In this document: positions 56,543 through 64,000 of the stretch, piece after piece | Layout of the letters: each line of letters begins with the position of its first letter | How positions within the stretch are numbered: position 1 is the first letter of the stretch | NCBI GenBank assembly: GCA_019057475.1 | Contig: DXJO01000010.1 | Location: 256,001-320,000, forward strand | DNA from: Candidatus Thorarchaeota archaeon | Lineage (GTDB): Archaea > Asgardarchaeota > Thorarchaeia > Thorarchaeales > Thorarchaeaceae | Reading direction: 5' to 3' | Length of the DNA: 64,000 nucleotides | Program-made: the position numbers and the translations under genes | Notes under the pieces: generated by a model | What the model saw: only the letters and a program-made list of their open reading frames with translations | Told to the model about the DNA's origin: nothing | Database searches by the model: none

Positions 56543-58425
56543 CTCTGTTTGATGGCTCCATGAGGACATACTGCGATGCAAGCGCCACATCGGACGCAAA
56601 GGTGTTCTAGTATGACTGGATGTCCCGCTTCACAATCCCAGCCTATTGTGGTGCAGCCGAAATCATTCACACAAATTCTACATTTCTCGCCAGAACACTC
56701 CTCAAGGTCGATGTAGACCTCTGGCTCGGTATCGTAGTTTCCTATACGTTTCTGCTCCTCCAGTCTGCAGACGCTTGCCAGTATGATTACATGGAGCCCT
56801 TTCTTCAGTACTGTCCTGTGTAGCAGTTCCACCATGGATGGAATATCGAAAGCGTCACTTGTGACGACAGAGTCCGCTCCAATTGCGTTTACAACCTTCT
56901 CGATGCTGATATAGCTCTCATTCTTTGCCTGGTTTCCTGAACCCGGGTGTGACTGGAAACCCGTCATGGCGGTCGTGGCATTGTCTAGTATCACGAATGT
57001 GATGTCTGCGTTCTTGTGTCTTGCATTGACCAGAGCCGGGATGCAGGCATGAAAGAATGTCGAGTCACCAGCCACAGCAAGGACCTTGGAGTCGAACCCA
57101 AATCTACCAAGCTGCCCCAAGCCGCACGCAGTTCCTATTCCGGAACCCATTGCCTGCATGGTGTTCATAGATTTGTCATAGAATACTCCGAGTGAGTAAC
57201 AGCCGATATCACCTGCGACCACCAGCTTGCCTTTCAATCTCTTGCGGACTTTGCGGATTGCCCAGTAGACATTGCGGTGGGTACATCCTGCACAGAAAGT
57301 AAGTGATCTTGAAAAAAGCAGGTCACGAGCCTTTTCAACAGCCGCGAGGGTCCTGGCGTCAAGTGGCTCATAGCTACCACCTTGAATTCTAGCGATTGAT
57401 TCCAGCAAGATGTCAGCATTCATCTCCCCAAATGCTGGGACGTTTCCTGTTCGCTTCCCGTGGAACTGAGGCATCTCCCCGGAGGGATGATTAGCAACCA
57501 GCAATCGAACATCATCCTCAACAAACGGATCAATCTCCTCAACAAACAAAATTCTCTCAATACCCTTCATCGCATTCAGCAGAAACTCCTTTGGTAGAGG
57601 GTGAGTTGTGACAAGGCTCATACATCCCACTTTGATATCCTCTAGAAGTTCCACGGCTTCCTCTACATATCTGTGGCACACCCCTGTCGATATGGTCAGG
57701 AGCTCGGTCTTGTCGTGACTGTCCAGGTTGTTCCACTCGCAATTCTCGAACTCCTTTGAAATAAGCTCCAACTTCTCCAGAAGGTCGCGATGTCGCAAGT
57801 GCGGGTTTGGCACGTTGTACAGCCTCTCTGGCAGACTGTCCGTGACTCTCCATTTCCTCTTGGGAATCTCTCCCAGCTTGACAATCGCTCTCGAATGACA
57901 TAGCCGAGTAGTACTTCTCACGATGACCGGAATCTCGAATTTTCTTGATAATTCAAATGCGTAGGGAATGATGTCTTTCGCCTGTTGACAGGTGGAAGGC
58001 TCCAGCAGGGGCAAGTAAGCAGCTTTTGCGTAGAATCGTGAGTCCTGCTCATTGCTTGAGCTGTGTCCTTGAGGGTCATCACACACGACCACAACAAGGC
58101 CTCCCTTACCAGTCCCTGAGAGGTTCAGGTTGAGCAAGAAATCTGCGGCCACATTGAGGCCCAGTGATTTTATTGGGCAGATTGCAGGAATGCCTGCCCA
58201 ACTGGCACCGGCTGCAGCCTCGAGTGCAACCTTCTCATTAACGCTCCACTCAACATAGACGTCATGTTCAGTAGCGTCCTTCATCAGTGTCGACGTTATC
58301 CCGGTGGAAGGAGTTCCCGGATACGAAGAGCAGAATCCTATCCCCGCCTCTAAGGCGCCCCTGGCAATGGCTTCGTTGCCACTCATTATCATGCCGCAAA
58401 GTCCAGATTTCGCCATGGGAGTCAA
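56539..58425 (-). CDS. iorA: Indolepyruvate:ferredoxin oxidoreductase alpha subunit
   Basis: SGNEAIARGA, YPGTPS, WSVNEKVALE, SSSNEQDSR, FCAGCTHR, GDIGCY, GDSTFFH, C-terminal ferredoxin CVRCGACIAVCP. Confidence 0.92.
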   Translation of the reverse strand: MTPMAKSGLCGMIMSGNEAIARGALEAGIGFCSSYPGTPSTGITSTLMKDATEHDVYVEWSVNEKVALEAAAGASWAGIPAICPIKSLGLNVAADFLLNLNLSGTGKGGLVVVVCDDPQGHSSSNEQDSRFYAKAAYLPLLEPSTCQQAKDIIPYAFELSRKFEIPVIVRSTTRLCHSRAIVKLGEIPKRKWRVTDSLPERLYNVPNPHLRHRDLLEKLELISKEFENCEWNNLDSHDKTELLTISTGVCHRYVEEAVELLEDIKVGCMSLVTTHPLPKEFLLNAMKGIERILFVEEIDPFVEDDVRLLVANHPSGEMPQFHGKRTGNVPAFGEMNADILLESIARIQGGSYEPLDARTLAAVEKARDLLFSRSLTFCAGCTHRNVYWAIRKVRKRLKGKLVVAGDIGCYSLGVFYDKSMNTMQAMGSGIGTACGLGQLGRFGFDSKVLAVAGDSTFFHACIPALVNARHKNADITFVILDNATTAMTGFQSHPGSGNQAKNESYISIEKVVNAIGADSVVTSDAFDIPSMVELLHRTVLKKGLHVIILASVCRLEEQKRIGNYDTEPEVYIDLEECSGEKCRICVNDFGCTTIGWDCEAGHPVILEHLCVRCGACIAVCPHGAIKQR

Positions 58426-58532
58426 GCTCTCCTCCTAAACTGTGGTCGAACTCAAAACACTTTCGAATCATCCGAAACGCCTCAGAAAAGGAAGAGTGAA
58501 AAGAGAACAGGAGTTCCGAGGCTGGACAGAAG

Positions 58533-59606
58533 ATGGCTGAAAAGAGCGTGACCAAGAAGAAGATCGGTTCACTTCTCTCGATCTCGCATGATAAGGATGT
58601 AGATGGTCTTAACTCAGCTGCTATCGTCTGGCGGTATGCGAAGTCCAAGGGTCTAGGCTTCGACATGGACCTTACGGACTACGGCGGCTTTGTGAGAGTA
58701 TTCTCGTCAGTTGCAACTCGCAGAAACACGTTGATTATTGTCACGGACCTTGGCATGGATGACTCTGCGCTGGACGCAGTGGTAGCTGGTCTATCCAGAG
58801 CAATTTCTCAAGGATGCAGAGTTGTCTGGCTTGACCATCATCAATGGTCCGATCGGGCCGTGAGGTCAATACTCTCACTCGAGAACAAGCCTGTATTGAA
58901 AGTGAACCCCAAGTACTGTGCGGCCGAGATTGCTCATAAGGTTCTCATGCCTCGCGATGAGATATGCGCCGAGTTGGCGACAGTAGCACGTGATACAGAC
59001 TTCAACCTTCGTCAGATTGATGGTGCTGGGGCTCTCACAGATGCAGTTTCGGTCATCAGATTTGGCACAATTGCTAGCAAGGAGGACCTGACTGCCGCTC
59101 TTAGACCAATTGTGGAAAAGCTGGCTGAGAAGGGACTAGCCGGCGTCTGGAATGATCAAGCTAAGAGATTCCATGACTCGCTTCTGGACAAGAGAGTTCA
59201 TCACTACAGAAAGGAAAAACTCAAGAAGATGCGCAAGGCTTTGATTGGGCATTGCGATCAAGAGATTCACGAGAAACTTGTGCGCATTCTTGAGATGCCT
59301 AGTGGTGTTACCACGACCGATATGGGTACATTCATCGCAGATTCTGAGAATCTAACAGTAGATGGAAACCAGCTAAAGGTGGCGGACCTTGCAATCACTA
59401 TCAGCTCTGGAGGAATGTTGGGCTTTCGCAGAGGTCACAAGACGACGCTGTGCAACATTGCAGCCAAGCTCTTCAATGGCGGAGGACATCCCTACGCTGC
59501 CGGTGGCGAGTATGGGGTCTATACGGACTTTCAAGCCGTTTGTGATGACATATTCGTGACTCTTTCGAAGAGCAAGGATTGGGTCATCGAAGCAGATTCG
59601 GTTTGA
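58533..59606 (+). CDS. DHH/DHHA1 family phosphoesterase
   Basis: SHDKDVDG, VTDLG, LDHH, GGGHPYAAGG. Confidence 0.88.
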   Translation: MAEKSVTKKKIGSLLSISHDKDVDGLNSAAIVWRYAKSKGLGFDMDLTDYGGFVRVFSSVATRRNTLIIVTDLGMDDSALDAVVAGLSRAISQGCRVVWLDHHQWSDRAVRSILSLENKPVLKVNPKYCAAEIAHKVLMPRDEICAELATVARDTDFNLRQIDGAGALTDAVSVIRFGTIASKEDLTAALRPIVEKLAEKGLAGVWNDQAKRFHDSLLDKRVHHYRKEKLKKMRKALIGHCDQEIHEKLVRILEMPSGVTTTDMGTFIADSENLTVDGNQLKVADLAITISSGGMLGFRRGHKTTLCNIAAKLFNGGGHPYAAGGEYGVYTDFQAVCDDIFVTLSKSKDWVIEADSV

Positions 59607-59614
59607 TTGTTGCA

Positions 59615-60598
59615 TCACTCAAGTGATTCAGTACCAGGTTTGACACCGCTAGCTATGGCTTGTTTCAAGATGGCTGAAATGTCAATTGCACTCTCCCACA
59701 GCCTTTCGAATGTAGCAACAGCGTCATCCACCATGGTTGGGTTGTCATCTCTGTAGATCAATGCCGCAGAATCTGGGTACGGGGCTTTACTCATAAAGAG
59801 AATCATCTTCTCTTCATTCAAGCACAACATTCTGTAGGTTGACGTGGGTTGTGGAGTGGCTCGGAGCTGCAGTCGCCCATCGAGAATCCCCTGGACAACC
59901 AAGCTGCTAGTCTTGCTCAGAAATGACGCTAATGAGGCTAGGCCTTGACCCTGCGGCATTTGAGATGTGAGCAGCGCTTTAATGGTCAATCCATTTTGAA
60001 CTGCTTCGAGTAACGCCTTCTCAACAGGTCCACTATTTGCAGGGGTAAGATCCAAGAGGTTTGCGCCCTCTGTAAGCCTAAGCACATCCCCCGGACTGGT
60101 GTTTCCACATAGCTCTCTAATCATAGCTATGCGAACGTTGTCTTTTCCTTCAATATGACCGGATGTCAGTTTCGGTTTTCTTCCTATCATGATTCCAATA
60201 ATGATGTTGGCCATGTCTTGCATGTCAGCCCCTTCAAGTGATTCCACATCCTCTGATAGTTCCTTTCTCTCATCTTCTAGTATGCTCCTCTGTCTGCTCT
60301 GAGAATTGGCAAGACCCGCCATGATTGTTTCAATTGTGGCCGTAAAATGCCAGGGTCTCCCGAGTCGATTCACTGTTATGAATTGATTACTCTCAAGATT
60401 GGAGATGCATTTGTAAATCCAGGCTTTTGAGGGCGCCTTGGACCTCTCACTTTTGATATTTGCGTATATTTGTTGGAACGTGATTTCTCCTTGGGTTTCG
60501 TTTCCTGCTCTTAACATAGCTCCTAAAACCTGAATCTCCGGGGCGGAGAGGTGAACACCAATTCTCTCAAGATCCCGACCAAGATTCTTGACTGTCAA
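59615..60598 (-). CDS. TrmB-like transcriptional regulator (wHTH + coiled coil + PLD-like domain), paralog 3
   Basis: KAWIYKCISNLESNQFI, coiled coil, VDDAVATFERLWESA. Confidence 0.7.
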   Translation of the reverse strand: MTVKNLGRDLERIGVHLSAPEIQVLGAMLRAGNETQGEITFQQIYANIKSERSKAPSKAWIYKCISNLESNQFITVNRLGRPWHFTATIETIMAGLANSQSRQRSILEDERKELSEDVESLEGADMQDMANIIIGIMIGRKPKLTSGHIEGKDNVRIAMIRELCGNTSPGDVLRLTEGANLLDLTPANSGPVEKALLEAVQNGLTIKALLTSQMPQGQGLASLASFLSKTSSLVVQGILDGRLQLRATPQPTSTYRMLCLNEEKMILFMSKAPYPDSAALIYRDDNPTMVDDAVATFERLWESAIDISAILKQAIASGVKPGTESLE

Positions 60599-61548
60599 CT
60601 CTTCGAATCACTTCCTCCGTCCACGCCTTGATATACATCGACCCCCGCTGTGAAGTCTTTGTCGAAGCTACTTATTGCTTCATCCACAAGGTACGGGTTT
60701 GCCCCCCTCGGAATCCAGGTAGCAGTCGGGGGGGTTTCTGATACTATCAATACGATTCCATCATGATTTCTGCTGATGAACTGGTATGTTCTTTCAGTTC
60801 TTGGATGGATTTTCAATGTTAGGGGCAACCCTTCATCTCGAATACTCCCGTAGAATGCACTCAGCCTAGCCCCACCTTCATTCGTCGGCGTCCACATTGT
60901 ATGACCTAGCGCTCTAATTTCAACTCCCCGCTCGAGCAGACGAAGTATATCCATCATTCTCTCAGCAGCTCTCGATGGTTCCGAGCTTATCCAATCAAGA
61001 CAAATCCTGATAACGTCCCCTCTCTCGCTTCGAGCATACATTGTATTCGTGCTCATACTATATATGTCGTCATAACCTTGTGCGAATCTTGCATGCTGTT
61101 GAGAAGGGGTTCCCGTACTCGTTTCAACCAGCTTGGTCGCAAGGCTAGAGATACTGGCATCCAAAATGGATTCTATATCTGAGTCAGCCTGTTTGGCCTT
61201 TTTCCTCAAATCAGCTAACGACATCCTTTTTGCTTTCTCCAGTGCTGCTTGGATTATGTCTATGCCTGTCCAGTAGCGGTGCTTGTAGGAGCTCTTGTCG
61301 ACTTCAATGTAGCCATCCTTCTCCAAAGAGCTAAGACTTCTGTAGACTAGTGGCTGAGCGATTCGCTTCCCCAAGTTCTCATTCTGCAGATTCGGATATA
61401 TCTCGTCAAACGTTACAGGCGCATCTTGGTTTCCCTGTGTGATTAGAATCGCTTTTAGCACGCGTGCTCTCCAATCAGTAAGACTAAACCCAATGATATC
61501 CAGCAATTGAAACGCATCATTTTCTTCCATGGGATACCACCGACTCAC
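60595..61548 (-). CDS. TrmB-like transcriptional regulator, paralog 2
   Basis: PLVYRSLSSLEKDGYI, ERGVEIR, TYQFISRN, NPYLVDEAISSFD. Confidence 0.7.
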   Translation of the reverse strand: MSRWYPMEENDAFQLLDIIGFSLTDWRARVLKAILITQGNQDAPVTFDEIYPNLQNENLGKRIAQPLVYRSLSSLEKDGYIEVDKSSYKHRYWTGIDIIQAALEKAKRMSLADLRKKAKQADSDIESILDASISSLATKLVETSTGTPSQQHARFAQGYDDIYSMSTNTMYARSERGDVIRICLDWISSEPSRAAERMMDILRLLERGVEIRALGHTMWTPTNEGGARLSAFYGSIRDEGLPLTLKIHPRTERTYQFISRNHDGIVLIVSETPPTATWIPRGANPYLVDEAISSFDKDFTAGVDVYQGVDGGSDSKS

Positions 61549-62597
61549 TATGGCTCTTTTTCGGTGCCCCTAGTTCTGAACACATCTGCTAGGGTTTTGG
61601 CTATGTATGAATCGGGAGAAATTCCAGACTTCTTGAGGTACTCTGGAGAGAGATCCGTTAATGATATCGATTTCTCCCATTGTGAGTCGAAATTGGTCAT
61701 CGCGTTGTCAATGAGGTCAGGATTGAATGCCCTTGTTATCCAAGCCGCGGTCATTGGATTGTCGCTTATCATGAATGCCATGCTATCATTATTGAGGCTC
61801 ATGAACTGGTATGTATTCTTTGGTCCGTCGTTGAACCGTATGTCCACGGGCAGACCTTCTCTACGGCAGTCGATGAATGCCGCGATAGACCCAGTAAGCG
61901 CCTCAGGTGTGATCTCAGACCTGATTGAATCATCCTGTATTAAAGATCTAATCGTCACCGAGTAGCGCACCTCAACACCTCTTGCTGCAGCAACGAATAT
62001 CCTGTCGACTCTTTCTGTAGCACCCTGCAGATATGGTGCGAATGTCATAACCGAACAACGAATGATATCGCCCTCTTTGGCCACTTCGAATATTGTACTG
62101 TTCGTCACGCGGTAAAATTCATCCATCCCCTTGATGAATCTGGAACTGAGTTTCTGCCTATCCCCCGTGAGTCCTTCAACTAGATTCTCCGCTAGCGAAC
62201 CACAATCCATGCTTGTCACGAAATCCAGCTGTTGCGTCAGAACGCTCCTTTGGCTGTTCAGCTTCTGAATGGTTTCTGATTTTATCTTCTCTAGCCCGGT
62301 CATGACTGTGCTAACATCTGCCAGATACATTTTCCTGTAGGCATGTTCACTCTCTACTCTGATCAAGCCGTTATCGACAAGCGACTTCAAAACCCTTTGA
62401 ACCCATGCTTTCGTAAGACTTGACCCGGGGTTGTCCTTCATCGTGAATTCGTAGATTCTTTTGAATGGCAGAGGTTCTGGCGAATCTTCCTGAACTCGCA
62501 ATACAGCACCTAGCAGATTCAAGGTTCTCGAATCGACACTACTCCCCATTACGAGGCCCAGACTCCTCAAAGCTGCCTTCGTTTTTTCATCTATCAA
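61548..62597 (-). CDS. TrmB-like transcriptional regulator, paralog 1
   Basis: KAWVQRVLKSLVDNGLI, ARGVEVR, TYQFMSLN, NPDLIDNAMTNFDSQWEKS; start set at a TTG with purine-rich SD (ORF track opens at 62684). Confidence 0.7.
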   Translation of the reverse strand: MIDEKTKAALRSLGLVMGSSVDSRTLNLLGAVLRVQEDSPEPLPFKRIYEFTMKDNPGSSLTKAWVQRVLKSLVDNGLIRVESEHAYRKMYLADVSTVMTGLEKIKSETIQKLNSQRSVLTQQLDFVTSMDCGSLAENLVEGLTGDRQKLSSRFIKGMDEFYRVTNSTIFEVAKEGDIIRCSVMTFAPYLQGATERVDRIFVAAARGVEVRYSVTIRSLIQDDSIRSEITPEALTGSIAAFIDCRREGLPVDIRFNDGPKNTYQFMSLNNDSMAFMISDNPMTAAWITRAFNPDLIDNAMTNFDSQWEKSISLTDLSPEYLKKSGISPDSYIAKTLADVFRTRGTEKEP

Positions 62598-62799
62598 TAC
62601 GAATCCCTCGCTCCGACGATAACCTCTTGCCGCATAGCCGGAAAATAAAGATACTAGCTTCGTGCACAGATACTTACTTTGCATCTGTTGACAAAGGTCG
62701 TATTATTATATCGCACGGTTGCCATACTTGCTAGACTTACCCCTCCAGAAAGAGTGTACAAGTCACGCACTGGGCATAGCAGAGAATAGGGCTGTTAAC

Positions 62800-62831
62800 G
62801 AAGCAGGGTAAGAGGGGGTAGACCCTGCTTC
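62800..62831. terminator. Perfect 10-bp inverted repeat (GAAGCAGGGT/ACCCTGCTTC) downstream of the GGR gene; possible terminator or regulatory hairpin
   Basis: Arms at 62800-62809 and 62822-62831, 12-nt loop. Confidence 0.45.
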
Positions 62832-62862
62832 CTTTCTCTCTTCTTAATCGTTTGCAATCCAA

Positions 62863-64000
62863 TTACAGCCCGCTTACGGCGATGCTTCGAAGGTAGCCCT
62901 TGCCAATCTTCAGGACCATTGGCAGGAAATCAGTGAGTAGTCCCATGTAGTCCCCAATGCCTGCGTGCCCTTGGATTAGTGAGTTGAGGGTTCCCGCGTC
63001 GAGCTGACTGAGTACAATCTCCGCTGCTTCAATTGGATCGTTGAACATCGCATACTTGCTTATCGCCCACATACCTTCGCCAGTGTTTTTGATGTTCGAA
63101 GCCAGCTTTGTTTTCCTGTACTCTTTTTCGTATTGGCTGATGCTCTTTGCTGAGAAGTCGTTCTCATCAACTATTCTCTTTGCGTGCTTTGCTAGCAGAG
63201 TTCCTGCATGGAAGCAGGTTGTCACCCCGCCTCCGACGATTGAAGAAACCTGTCCAGCAGCATTACCGCAAAGAGCGACGCCTGCATCAGTGAATTTCGG
63301 GATTATCCCTGCGCAAGGAACAACTCCCGCATTCACCGCAACTATCTTTGCGTTTTTTGTTTCGGGGTGACTATCCTTGTATTTCTTGAGCATGCTCTGC
63401 ATGGGCATTAATGCATCCCAGTTTTCCTTTGATGAGGGGACACGACCAATGCCGAGGTTGATCTCTGTTTCGCTCCTTGGGTAGAGCCACAGGTAGCCAA
63501 GGCCCACGTCTCGCCCGACGAAGAAGTATGCAACATTTGGGTCAATGTTTTTACAATTTTCGAGCTTCCAGCGGACACCGTAACTGAGTAACCATTTCGG
63601 ATGGGTGAAGCCAGCTGTTTTGAAGACCCTGCTGAAGGAGCCATCGGCACCTACGGTGAGACCTGCTCGCTCCTCTTGGTCGCCATTGTATCTGAGACCA
63701 ACAATCTGATTCCCCTCCTTGATAACAGAGTCAACGCGAGAACGATATCTGAATTCAGCCCCGTTTCCTTCTGCACGGTCCCTCATCAGTTCTTGGCATT
63801 TGTCTTCGTCAAGAAGGTAAGAGTTGCCAAGGAGGCCTCCTCCGACTCTGATATTGGCTCCTGTATCCAAGCTCTCTCCAACGATTTCGGAGTACTTGTT
63901 GCCTACAAACTCGGAGTCTGGCTTCACACCCAAGAATCGCAATGCGTTATCTGTTACAAGTTCTCCCATCAGAGAATCCGTGACAGCGTTCCTCCTCTCC
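62863..64000 (-). CDS. Geranylgeranyl reductase family FAD-dependent oxidoreductase, 5' end beyond the window
   Basis: VGADGSFSRV, GYLWLYP, INLGIG, CGNAAGQVSSIVGGG; the N-terminal GxGxxG is missing and the frame is open to the window edge. Confidence 0.85.
   Translation of the reverse strand, partial: ERRNAVTDSLMGELVTDNALRFLGVKPDSEFVGNKYSEIVGESLDTGANIRVGGGLLGNSYLLDEDKCQELMRDRAEGNGAEFRYRSRVDSVIKEGNQIVGLRYNGDQEERAGLTVGADGSFSRVFKTAGFTHPKWLLSYGVRWKLENCKNIDPNVAYFFVGRDVGLGYLWLYPRSETEINLGIGRVPSSKENWDALMPMQSMLKKYKDSHPETKNAKIVAVNAGVVPCAGIIPKFTDAGVALCGNAAGQVSSIVGGGVTTCFHAGTLLAKHAKRIVDENDFSAKSISQYEKEYRKTKLASNIKNTGEGMWAISKYAMFNDPIEAAEIVLSQLDAGTLNSLIQGHAGIGDYMGLLTDFLPMVLKIGKGYLRSIAVSGL

Overview
This 64-kb window is gene-dense archaeal DNA, most likely from an Asgard archaeon (Thorarchaeia-like, by inference). 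Support comes from a TFIIB/TFB, a single-OB SSB, an Alba-like protein, a geranylgeranyl reductase, por/ior operons, and eukaryote-signature-like proteins (a gelsolin-domain protein and a Rab-like GTPase). I found no rRNA, tRNA, CRISPR array, transposase, integrase or reverse transcriptase. Best candidate novel system: a tightly coupled five-gene minus-strand operon (20306->5265). It encodes an ABC-2 permease, two different ABC ATPases (one with a tandem TrmB-like N-terminal module), a membrane-anchored subtilase with a GIFT (GldG/IFT52)-like domain whose catalytic Ser and oxyanion Asn appear substituted, and a 2258-aa type-I membrane protein. That giant protein has an FG-GAP/BBS2-like propeller, about 75 acidic Ca-binding repeats, a TM helix and a cytoplasmic coatomer/adaptin-appendage-like domain. 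Second highlight: a cytoplasmic propeller + appendage-like domain + Rab-like GTPase fusion (53604-55919). Other observations: a surface-protein gene bracketed by a decayed duplicate of its neighbour's 3' end, an opine-dehydrogenase/B12-protein pair, three tandem TrmB-like regulators, an unannotated 44-aa four-Cys protein, two pseudogene remnants, and an AT-rich beta-helix surface-protein gene. All family calls come from motif recognition by eye; no searches were run.
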